Shown piece by piece: positions 48,941 to 64,000 of a DNA stretch of 64,000 nucleotides; position 1 is the first letter of the stretch; each line of letters starts with the position of its first letter. The stretch comes from the human T2T-CHM13v2.0 reference genome, Homo sapiens. Location of the stretch: assembly GCF_009914755.1 (NCBI RefSeq), contig NC_060929.1; one strand, 5' to 3'. The notes under the pieces were generated by a model. It was not told where the DNA came from and made no database searches. It saw nothing but the letters and a program-made list of their open reading frames with translations. The position numbers were made by a program, and so were the translations under genes.

Positions 48941-50522
48941 AACTTTATGTAATAAGTTATTCAATCTATTCGCAATGTCTGATTTCAATTAACGCATAAT
49001 TACATGAAGGGCCAGGACATTAAAAAATCTAACTGATTGACAGCCCAGTAATTCAATTTTATTACTGAGCCAATACTCTTTCTTTAGGATTTTTTTTTTT
49101 TTTTCAGAAGACTTCTTTGTAAAGCTATTACTTTATTGCCAAACTACCAGTCTACTATTAGGCTGAAAAGTATGTAAATTCCAGTGGTGACCTTTGTACA
49201 AATCATTCACTTGGGAAAATGAGAAAAATTAGTAGACATTTAAGGGTAATGGTTACTGAATACAGAATTATGTATAATATGACTTGCTTCTAATTTCCCC
49301 TCTGCAATGAACTGTGGCTTCAGGGTCATAATTTTACCTCTGATATCTCTATATTCACACCTAGAAAATAAGGTGCTGAATAAACTGAACGTTTCCAATT
49401 CTAAACCATATGATTTAATAGCAATACACATTTATGCCCCTTCTGCTCTGTGTTAGCTACTGTGCTAGGTGTTACATACATGAAGATAAAATCATTCCCA
49501 GCAAGAAGTTCACAGCTTACTGGAGGAAGCTGTAAGCACGTTGTTATAATACTATGTGTTTTCTGTGACTAGACACATTATCACAGGGTGCCTTCGGAAC
49601 ACAGAGGAAAAAAACGCCTAACTCTGTGAGTGTAGCAGACACTTGTTGGTTATTTTCCCATTATCCACTGCCTTTTCTTACTTTCCATCTGTTCCTGATT
49701 ACCACCACCTGCCAAAGTGATTCAAGACAGATTACACCATGTCTTCAAACTGTGTCCTAAGCTTATCCAACAAAAATCTCAGGACTTATACTGAGAATTT
49801 TGGAGTACGCACATAATGAACACAGGATAGGTATGATATGACTTTCATTCTAATTTCTTCCTCTGAGCACTAATGTGCTGACAATACATACATAACCTAT
49901 AGAACACCTCCATGGTTAACCTTTTTCAATGTTTATCATAAAGTATTTGAATCTAATTTTATTTTTCTTACCTGGATAGCATATTCATGTTAGACCAGGC
50001 TAGGGTATGTATGCAGTTCTCTAACTGGCTACTGCTGACATATAAATCCATTCATGTAGCCTGAGATGGGGCCAGCTCTATGAAACTACATGAACTGAAG
50101 ATATATATGACGTGGTTTTCAATGAAAGATGGGATTAATGTCAAAGTTGGAGATGTCTGTCTGGCAATCAATAGATCTCAATTACAATATATAATAAAAT
50201 GAGTTAATCTATTCTATGTTTTATAACACCCAAACAGGTAACTTGTCAACCACACAATGTCTTTTATTTAGGATTTTGAAGATGAAGGTTAGAAAATTAA
50301 ACGTAATATAATGTTATCAGAGCACAAAAGAAAACTTAAGGATATAAGATTGTACATCCCAGAAAATTAACTATTTGATTTCTTCTCATTTAAAGACATG
50401 TTTATTTTCTAGAAATAATCTAATGAAGAATAATCTAACATCTTCTTATAGAATGAGGAAATCCTGATTAAAACTTCTTTATTCCTGTTTACATGGTAAT
50501 GTCTCTATTATCATCTAGACTA

Positions 50523-50844
50523 TCAATGTCTACTTGTTAGTCTATATGCTAAGTTTTCAGCTAGATAGGTTTTAGGCAGAATCTGCAGCTGATTTTTTAT
50601 TGTCTTTGAATTTAAAAAAATCAGTAATGATGAGTTATCTCTAGTATACAATTTCATCTTTAGTTGTTTTTTCTATTTTTCATTCAGTGTCTACTTGTTA
50701 GTCTATATGCTAATTTTTCAGCTAGATGGGTTTTAGTCGGAATCTATAGCTGATTTTTTATGGTCTTTGAATTTAAAAAATTCAGTAATGGTGAGTTATC
50801 TCTAGTATACAATTCCATCTTTACTTGTTTTTTCTATTTTTCAT
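50523..50844. repeat. 161-bp tandem duplication
   Basis: Copies at 50523-50683 and 50684-50844; about 12 substitutions by eye. Confidence 0.95.
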
Positions 50845-51704
50845 TTTCAAGCTCATAATCACTTTATATTTTTGTAAAATTCATGAATGCTCATTTACCT
50901 TTTAAACAAGAGGGGAAATTATATATCTGGCTATTATTCAAAGGAAAAGCTTAATATGGGCTTCCAGATCTCCATGGGAACACAGTAAGTGTTCCCATGA
51001 TTCATTTTCTAGACATGGAGAAAAAATTAGTTTCCATGGAGATACAAAGGTGAGCTAAACAGAGATGGCCTAAGGGTCATTGACATTGTAAGTCCAGACA
51101 ATTCTGCATCCTTCTTGATCCTGTTATGTTTGAGGTACTTCTGAATTCAACCTGAAATGGCAATGAGTAACTTAATTAAACAGTTTTTTTTAATATTTCT
51201 TGTTAAATTTTTAAAAACTGATTTGCATTTGTCAGATAATAGTAGAACAGTGTATATAAAATAATCTGGGGAATAAACTTAGGAAATATAATAACTGAAA
51301 GCTTAAAGTTTACTGTGGAAAAATTCAATAATACACCTATGAAGTGATATTATGTCATTGCTTTTTGGGAAAAAATCTCTTAGTGATATTTATCATAGAA
51401 TATTTTTTAAAATTACTAATCACTTTAACCAGAAAATATTCATTGTTCTCAAATAAAAATCTCTACACAAAACCATTCACTCCATGTTGGGCATTTTATA
51501 CATCCAGGCAATCAACATTCAATTTGCCAGTAGTGGTATTGTTTCCAATGAGGTAGAATCAGTAGTTTCTTCTTTTACAGTTTTATACTTAGGTCTAGGA
51601 GATACTGTGTGCTCAAGTAAAAATGATAACCATATCATGTGGTTAGCACAATTTAACAAAAAAAAATTGTACATAGAATAGAGCAGACAATATTTATATT
51701 CATA

Positions 51705-52600
51705 TTCATTAATGTATTCGTTCAAGAAAAATACACTGAGTACATGCTATATGTAAGGTATTATGAACAAAACTTTGAACACAGAAATAAAAGATGGTCA
51801 CTGGCTGGGCACGGTGGCTCACGCCTGTAATCCCAGCACTTTGAGAGGCTGAGGTGGGTGGATCACCTGAAGTCAGGAGTTTGAGACCAGTAGAGATGTT
51901 GAAACCCCATCTCTACTTAAAACACAAAAATTAGCTGGGTATGGTGGTGGATGCTTGTAATTCTAGCTAGTCAGGAGGCTGAGGCAGGAGAATTGCTTGA
52001 ACCCAGGAGGTGGAGGTTGCAGTAAGCCGAGGTCACGCCACTGCACTCCAGCCTGGGCGACAGAGCAAGATTCCATCTCCAAAAAAAAAAAGTGGTCACT
52101 TTCTTCTGCAATCTTAAGTAAGCAATTATAAAACTACATAATAAATGCTGGGAAGGAGATATAAATAGGGAAGGGTAGGAGCACTTAGGAGAAGCTCCTA
52201 TCTCAGACAAGACAGGGTTCAGATGAATGTGACACTTGAATTGGATGTTGAATAAATATAGAAAGTAACACAGTAGGTGAAAAACAAAAGGGAACAGGAT
52301 ACAAAGCATCCAGATATGAGCTAGACTGATACATTGCCAAATAAGTTCTTCACCACGTTTGGAAGGATGGGAACAGGTGTGGGAAATGCTAGATAAATAA
52401 CTAGAATATTGAGAAATGACATTTTGAAGTGTTCTGTAAGTGTGCTCAGAATTTAAAGCAAATTGATATAAACAGATGATTCTAAAAATGAGCATACTGG
52501 GGCTGTACTGGGAGAGCCTGGAAGCCTATGAGACCATAAGCATAGAAACAAGTTAGGCACCCATTAAAATATTCAAAGCAAGAAATACCAAGGGAGTACT
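51705..52600 (-). mobile_element. L2 fragment interrupted by an Alu
   Basis: TATTCGTTCAAGAAAAATACACTGAGTACATGCTATATG start; continues after the Alu (AAATGCTGGGAAGG..., GTGACACTTGAATTGG...). Confidence 0.55.
51803..52091 (+). mobile_element. AluSx-like
   Basis: GGCTGGGCACGGTGGCTCACGCC...; TSD AAAAG(A)TGGTCACT. Confidence 0.95.
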
Positions 52601-53379
52601 TCATGTGAGTAAATTCAGAATCCATGAAGGAAAAATTCAGTTATTTTATCCTTGAAAGACACTTTTGAATTTCATGGAACTCAAGTTGATTTTCTATCAA
52701 TATATTGGTCTAAGGCAGAAATTACAAAGTAGCAGTGACTAATGAGCTATGGTTGGTCCTAATGTGTGCTGGCTCACTTTGTGTTTAAAATAATTAAATT
52801 GGAATGCCCTTGGATTCAGCAAGTACTTTTAGATCCAGTTTGCTGCAGTCCTCAGCACTCTCTATTATCACTTATTTCAAACATTGAGGTTACCATTGTG
52901 ACCACACTGATTTGAACCACGTCAGTTCATAGGCACCCATTTAAAGTATTCCTTAACTATTTGGTATGTTGTATTATATTTCTTCATGTGTATTCTCTTG
53001 GTTTGTTCATCCTTTTCTTATATGTTCTGCTGGTTTTAGGAGTAACTTTTAGTATTAGGATTTATCATTAAGTTTATGTTTATTAAGTTTATCATTATGT
53101 TTGAATTAGTACATTTTACTTTTCTCAATCTGCCTAAATTAATTTTTATCTTTTGTCAGTATTATAAACATTAAGCTTGATAATTTAAAAACTATAATAC
53201 ATGTATTTCTTCTTACTATTAAATAGAACAAGACATGAGTCAACCAGATGAGATTTATCAAGACAAACAAATTGCTTGTTGCAAGCCTAATAATCCAGGA
53301 CAAGATCACGTGAATTTCTTGTCTGAGTAATGCAGCTGGAGACCAAAAATAACTATTTCTACTACACAACAAAAATATC

Positions 53380-53585
53380 AGACAAATACTGAGTATTTAC
53401 AGTGTTCCAAAAATGATTCTAAGCATTCAAATGGGATGAACTGATTTAATCTTCATAACAACCTTATGATTTTTAGGGACGAGAAAACCAAGGCACAAAG
53501 TGGGTAATTGACCTTGCTAATATCACACAGCTACTAAGTAACAGAGTTTGAGATTTGATCCTAAAGAATCTGAATTAGAGTGAAT
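53380..53585 (-). mobile_element. MIR
   Basis: ATTTAATCTTCATAACAACCTTATGA...GAGAAAACCAAGGCACAAAG...ATCACACAGCTACTAAGTAACAGAG. Confidence 0.75.
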
Positions 53586-53684
53586 TCATATGATGAGAAA
53601 AGGAAAATCACTTTTTCACATGGCATGAAATAGAAGCTCCATTCATTAATATTTGTGAATTTGATGTATCACATGTCATTTGAG

Positions 53685-53960
53685 ACTTTTTATTATAGAA
53701 AATTTCAAATACATATGACAGTTGAGGGAAGTCCTGTGTACCAGTCACACTGCTTTAATAATAATCCACTCATATGCCATCTAGTTTCATCTGTACTCTT
53801 ACATGTACCGTTTTAAAAAAACTGGATTATTTTAAAACAAATCCAAAATATTATAGCATCTTATTTCCAAAAGAGGAGGGCATGTAAAACAATACCTAAC
53901 CCCAATACTATTATCACACTGAAGAAAAGTCTTAATATCATTAAGTATTCAGTAAATTAC
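53685..53960 (-). mobile_element. L1MC-type 3' end
   Basis: TTTTATTATAGAAAATTTCAAATACATA..., GGATTATTTTAAAACAAATCC, AATACTATTATCACAC. Confidence 0.6.
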
Positions 53961-55143
53961 ATCACATATATGTTGACTTGCATGAAAGCTTTACTAAACC
54001 TTGAAAACAAACAAAATTATTTTTTGATAGTTCTGATGTTTATGGAAAATCAAAGTATTTTTGTGAGACCATAGCTTCTAGTACTTGGCCAGGTAGTTCA
54101 TGAAATATATATTGACTTTAATTTGATTTTTTCTCCTTTCAACTGTGAAACAAAAGTGTCTACTATTGCTTTTTTTTTCCTGTTTCAATTGCCCTGTTTA
54201 ATGTGTAAAATCCTGCTTCATATAATTATAATACCATAGGACACCTTACACTCATTATTAAAAGTATAAATAATATTACATTAACTGTTTTTTCTGTTAT
54301 TTATTTTAAGAACTTCTTCACACCACTATGAACACTGTCAATTTCATTTGAATGCTACATATTTTCCATCATTTACTTCTCTGACAACTTTCTTCCAGTG
54401 TATTCTACCTTCCTGACTATTGAGATTCTATGTCTTTTTTTTTATTACTTTGAATAGAATGGTCTGAAGAAAACTTACTTCTTTAACAAAAATGACATAT
54501 TATTATACCTCAAGTTTTGGAAAGAAGCTGACTTGCGAAATGACATGACAGGTATGCTGAACTAAAAGTCACCCACTCTTTCATACAGTCACAGTATGCT
54601 TGTGTGATACCCCAGAGACAAGATGCTCTAAATATTAGCACAGTGCACAGTGGCAACTACAAAGGAAAATTAATCTGGGGAGCCTCTATATCAGTTCCCT
54701 GAATTTCTCAATTTCTGTTTCTCTTATTTGCAGTTCAAGCTTTTCACTAGAACGAACCAATGTAAAATGTGTTAACTGGGATAATGTAATAAAAGTTTTT
54801 GGTAAGAATGGATAGAAGGAGATGGGAAAGAAGGATCCACATTAATTGATTTCCTAGCATATGTCAGGCAATGTAATTTTGTCATGTCATTGAATTTTTA
54901 ATACAACCCTAGGAAGAAGGCATTATCTCTGTTTTAAGACTGTAGAAACTGAGATTAGATTAAGTTACTTTCCTTTTCTTTTTCTTTTTTTTAAATTTTT
55001 TTATTATTATTACATTTCAAGTTTTAGTGTACATGTGCACAATGTGCAGGTTTGTTACATATATATATATATATATATGTGCCATGTTGGTGTGCTGCAC
55101 CCATTAACTCGTCATTTAACATTAGGTATATCTCCTAATGCTA

Positions 55144-59061
<3,918 letters not shown>

Positions 59062-59109
59062 TTATTTTGCTCGTTAGTTGATGCAGTTTCTTCCTAGCCT
59101 TGATGGTCT

Positions 59110-60121
59110 TTACATTTTGGCATGTTTTTGGCGTGGCTGGTACCGGTTGTTCCTTTCCATGTTTAGTGCTTCCTTCAGGAGCTCTTTTAGGGTAGGCCTG
59201 GTGGTGACAAAATCTCTCAGCATTTGCTTGTCTGTAAAGTATTTTATTTCTCCTTCACTTATGAAGGTTAGTTTGGCTGGATATGAAATTCTGGGTTGAA
59301 AATTCTTTAAGAATGTTGAATGTTGGCCCCCACTCTCTTCTGGCTTGTAGAGTTTCTGCTGAGAGATCCACTGTTAGTGTGATGGGCTTCCCTTTGTGGG
59401 TAACTCGACTTTTCTCTCTGGCTGCCCTTAACATTTTTTCCTTCATTTCAACTTTGGTGAATCTGACAATTATGTTTCTTGGAGTTGCTTTTCTCGAGGA
59501 GTATCTTTGTGGCGTTCTCTGTATTTCCTGAATCTGAATGTTGGCCTGCCTTGCTAGATTGGGGAAGTTCTCCTGGATAATATCCTGCAGAGTGTTTTCC
59601 AACTTGGTTCCATTCTCCCCGTCACTTTCAGGTACACCAATCAGACGTAGATTTGGTCTTTTCACATAGTCCCATATTTCTTAGAGGCTTTGTTCATTTC
59701 TTTTTATTGTTTTTTCTCTAAGCTTCCCTTCTCACTTCATTTCATTCATTTCATCTTCCATCACTGATACCCTTTCTTCCCTTTGATCTCATCTGCTCCT
59801 GAGGCTTCTGCATTCTTCACGTAGTTCTCAGGCCTTGGCTGTCAGCTCCATCAGCTCCTTTAAGGCCTTCTCTGCATTGGTTATTCTAGTTATCCATTCA
59901 TCTAATTTTTTTTCAAGTTTTCTAACTTCTTTGCCATTGGTATGAATTTCCTCCTGTAGCTCAGAGTAGTTTGATTGTCTGAAGCCTTCTTCTCTCAACT
60001 CGTCAAAGTCATTCTCCATGCAGCTTTGTTCCATTGCTGGTGAGGAGCTGCGTTCCTTTGGAGGAGGAGAGGCTCTCTGCTTTTTAGAGTTTCCAGTTTT
60101 TCTGCTCTGTTTTTTCCCCAT
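59110..60121 (-). pseudogene. L1 ORF1p (RNA-binding protein), disrupted
   Basis: MGKKQSRK start; premature TGA at 59828 (CGA>TGA); later fragment KRPNLRLIGVPESDGENG with a frameshift near 59300. Confidence 0.93.
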
Positions 60122-61162
60122 CTTTGTGGTTTTATCTACTTTTGGTCTTTGATGATGGTGACGTACAGATGGGTTTTGTTGTGGATGTCCTTTATGTTTG
60201 TTAGTTTTCCTTCTAACAGACAGGACCCTCAGCTGCAGGTCTGTTGGAGTTTGCTAGAGGTCCACTCCAGACCCTTTTTGCCTGGGTGTCAGCAGCAGTG
60301 GCTGCAGAACAGCGGTGGCTGTAGAGCAGCGGATTTTGGTGACCTGCAAATGCTACTGCCTGATCGTTCCTCTGGAAGTTTTGTCTCAGAGGAGTACCCG
60401 GCCTTGAGAGGTGTCAGTCTGCCCCTACTGGGGGGTGCCTCCCAGTTAGGCTGCTGGGGAGTCAGGGACCCACTTGAGGCAGTCTTCCTGTTCTCATATC
60501 TCCAGCTGCGTGCTGGATAAACCACTACTCTCTTCAAAGCTGTCAGACAGGGACATTTAAGTCTGCAGAGGTTACTGCTGTCTTTTTATTTGTCTGTGCC
60601 CTGCCCCCAGATGTGGAGCCTACAGAGGCAGGCAGGCCTCCTTGAGCTGTGGTGAGCTCCACCCAGTTTGAGCTTCCTGGCTGCTTTGTTTACCTAATCA
60701 AGCCTGCGCAATGGCAGGCACCCCTCCCCCAGCCTCACTGCTGCCTTGCAATTTGATTTCAGACTGCTGTGCTAGCAATCAGTGAGACTCTGTGGGCGTA
60801 GGACCCTCCAAGCCATGTGTGGGATATAATCTCCTGGAGCGCCATTTTTTAAGCCCGTCGGAAAAGCGCAGTATTAGGCTGGGAGTGTCTGGATTTTCTA
60901 GGTGCCATCTGTCATCCCTTTCTTTGACTAGGAAAGGGAACTCCCTGACCCCTTGAGCTTCCCAAGTGAGGCAGTTCTTCACCCTGCTTCTTCTTGCGCA
61001 CAGTGCTCTGCACCCACTGTCCTGCACCCACTGTCTGGCACTCCCTAGTGAGATGAACCCGGTACCTCACATGGAAATGCAGAAATCACCCGTCTTCTGC
61101 GTTGCTCATGCTGGGAGTTGTAGACTGGAGCTCTTCCTATTCAGCCATCGTGGCTCCACCCC
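60122..61162 (-). promoter_or_regulatory. L1 5' UTR internal sense promoter and antisense promoter region
   Basis: Position upstream of ORF1; GC-richer; CpG-depleted relative to young L1; activity is not demonstrable from sequence. Confidence 0.6.
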
Positions 61163-61429
61163 TCAATGATCTAAGTTACTTTCTTAAAGTGACACAAACA
61201 CAAATATTGAAGGTGTTTCAACTCTAAATTTTTGTTTTAGCATCATGCCATTTTAATACGAGACATTATATAACTATTTTGTAAAAATGGAATGAGATAT
61301 AGAGGATTAATTTAGGGTAGCATTAATAAGGTATTTTATACCATCAGGTCACATTATTTTTCAGTTATTGGACTGATATAATTAGCCATCTATTTGAATA
61401 AAGAGAAACTTTGTCCGTATTTTATATTC

Positions 61430-62100
61430 TCAAAAATATTAAATAAATTTTTTAAAGTTGAAACAAAACAGAATCTATAAATATTATTGTATGGAAAGCC
61501 TTTCTACCTGTAACATAAACCTCAGAAACCATAAAGAATAAGATTGACAGATTTGATCTTATAAATATTTTTAAATTTATATGGTTAAAGACACCATTAA
61601 CAAAGTTAGAAGGGAAAATTAAAAATATTTAAAACCTAACTGAAAAGAAAAAGGCTTAATACTCTCACTATATAAAAAAGATACAGTAAAACAAAATATG
61701 CAAGAAAACCAGCAGCCTAGAAAATAAAATAGGCAAAATGTAATGAACCAACAATTTAGAGAAGAAATGTAATGACTAATAACCATGATAAAAATAAACA
61801 TTTAAAATGCAAATTTAAACAATAGTTTTTTTTTTATATTTGTCAAATGTGCAAAAAATATTTATTCATTATTAGCATCAGCTTTTGGGAGTAGTTGATT
61901 TATAAAATTGAATGCTTTACACATGTGAAATATAGTGATATATATGAGTATGTGCTTACTTGTAAAGATAGTTTGTGATATATGCTTTATTTGTAACAAA
62001 GCAATATGTACAATTTCATTGTTTTGATAGAAAACTAACCAGAAATAAATGTGTACATATGTTTATCTTTATGATTAAATACAAAATATACTTATATGGA
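61430..62100 (+). mobile_element. Old L1ME-type ORF2 3' fragment
   Basis: GAAAGCCTTTCTA...CAGAAACCATAAAGAATAAGATTGACAGATTTGA...AAAGACACCATTAACAAAGTT. Confidence 0.6.
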
Positions 62101-62185
62101 AATAAGCATATATAAATATGTACAAAAATATATAAGCATATGTATTTTAAGCTTGTAAATAAGATTTTTATACACATATGTATTT

Positions 62186-62224
<39 letters not shown>

Positions 62225-62390
62225 AATAAGCATATTGGTGCCTTTAAGTGTTATGTTGGAGAAAGAAGGAGGAAACACATTTTTCTTATTGTTATATACA
62301 TTTAAAACTTTACCACAAAGTGATTTTTCAGTAACTTTTTTGTTGCCCTTTTTAGTGTAGTAAACATCTCTTTTATAATCACAAATAATA

Positions 62391-62424
62391 GTAGGTTGGT
62401 GCAAAAGTAATTGTACCAACTTAA
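62391..62424. mobile_element. Internally deleted MADE1 (Hsmar1 mariner MITE)
   Basis: TAGGTTGGTGCAAAAGTAATTG joined to TACCAACTTAA, i.e. both Hsmar1 TIR ends. Confidence 0.75.
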
Positions 62425-63656
62425 ATATAGTGGTTTCAAATGTTTTGTAAATTGTGAAATTATATTCCTATTATTAATTTCAGTAATTATATCCCTATTC
62501 CATATTGTATATTACTCAGAGTTTATTAAAAATCCCCTTACAAGGTTATTATAATAATGAATGCTCATGATAATGGAAAAAATAAAAAGAAATAACCACA
62601 CTAGAACATCAATACAATTCCTCAATCATAGTATATATATTTTAAAAGATAAAAATAGAGATGTCACATAAAATAATGTGTCCAAAATAATGTTAAAACA
62701 TATAAACATAATCTTTAACATAGCAAGTATCCACAGCTTCAGTGTTAATCTCTTTATGTATATATAAATTTATATTAGTCACTGATAGGAACTAGAATAA
62801 TTGCACACATGCAGAAAAAGCTCATGAAGGTAATATCCCAAACAGAATAGTGATTCTTTGTGGAGAGGAAGAGGGACTGGAATAAGTGGTCAAGGGCTTA
62901 CTTGTCTTAACTATGATTGTGTTTAATAATAAAAGTGATTGCGAAAATTTTAACAGTTTAAAGAGGGAGATAGAAATATTTTATATTTGATTCTGGTAGT
63001 GTTCATATGACTGTTTTTGTCAGAGCTCATAGCACTATACACTAAAAAGGGTGAATTTTACTGTGCTTAAATTATAAAACAACTTTAAATAGAAACTGGA
63101 AGAATATACAGAATATTGTAAATATATGGTATTTTAAATCATAGGGCTTTAACTGTAAAATTGTTATAAAAACCCTTAAAATCTATTTTCCAAAACATAT
63201 CCTTTTATCTCATTAAAATAGACCAGATGGCACAAAAACTTAGGGATGTTTATTTATTGAAGGTTCTTTGCCTCAGCATGAGGTAATCTCACATTCAGTC
63301 CTATGTGCAATTTATGAGAACTGAATTTCATGAGAATAAAAACATGTTGAGTAATTAACAGATTATAATATTTCAGTTATTGGCTTCTATTTCTATGTAG
63401 TCCAACCTACTGTATAAAATAGGGTGCTCATTTTCTTCTACTTTTTTCCCTGGATAGCATAGGCATGGACCTTTAAATTCCCAATCAAGTTTACTTAATA
63501 TTTTCCCTATACAATAGCTGTAGATGTTGCAGACAAAGACAGGGTGAGCTTCTCAGTTGCTTTGCGAAGAGAAATAAATTGTGATTAGTAAGGTACATAA
63601 TAAATACATCTTAAAATTTAATATTAGAAGTAATATATTCTTAGCAGATACTCTCA

Positions 63657-63949
63657 TTTTTTTCTTTTTAAATTATACTTTAAGTTCTGGGGTACGTGTG
63701 CAGAACGCGCAGGTTTCTTCCATAGGTATACACATGCCGTGATGGTTTGTTGCACCCATCAACCCGTCATCTACCTTAGGTATTTCTCCTAATGCTATCC
63801 CTTCCCTAGCCCCCCCACACCCCGACAGACCCTGTTGTGTGATGTTCCCCTCCCTGTCTCCATGTGTTCTCATTGTTCAACTCCCACTTATGAGTGAGAA
63901 CATGCGGTGTTTGGTTTTCCATTCTGGTGTTAGTTTGCTGAGAATGATG
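63657..63949 (-). mobile_element. L1PA7-like 3' end (~290 bp)
   Basis: TTATACTTTAAGTTCTGGGGTAC...CACCCATCAACCCGTCATCTAC..TAGGTATTTCTCCTAATGCTATCCC. Confidence 0.9.
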
Positions 63950-64000
63950 CTTAGTCAAGTATCCTTTGTCCATACGAGAGATCACCAATGGCTCTAGTGG

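Noticed and set aside
52730-52950. Possible hAT-Charlie MITE
   Set aside because: Resemblance only partial; could not define ends or family

Overview
AT-rich hominoid (most likely human) genomic DNA, intergenic or deep intronic. I found no recognisable cellular protein-coding exon, tRNA, rRNA or snRNA. Roughly half of the window is transposon-derived. It holds a full-length but inactivated L1PA4-like LINE-1 (54973-61162, minus; ORF1, 63-bp spacer, ORF2, TSD), a 5'-truncated L1PA5-like copy facing it as a 2-kb inverted repeat, and a complete MSTA (MaLR) provirus with a perfect CAAGG TSD and an Alu in its 5' LTR. It also holds a tiny 5'-truncated SVA lacking a TSD, 12 Alus or Alu fragments, several solo LTRs (THE1C, MLT1/MLT2, MER54, LTR47-like), DNA-transposon fossils (MER2, Tigger2a, MER5, MADE1) and old L1M/L2/MIR fragments. 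Local oddities are 88-bp, 161-bp and 3x37-bp tandem duplications, a ~450-bp polypyrimidine tract, template-switch palindromes, and altered YY1/ZNF93-region sequence in the L1 promoter. Repeat family names come from recalled consensus sequences, not from a database search, and boundaries of old elements are approximate. I did not find evidence of a new multi-gene biological system.
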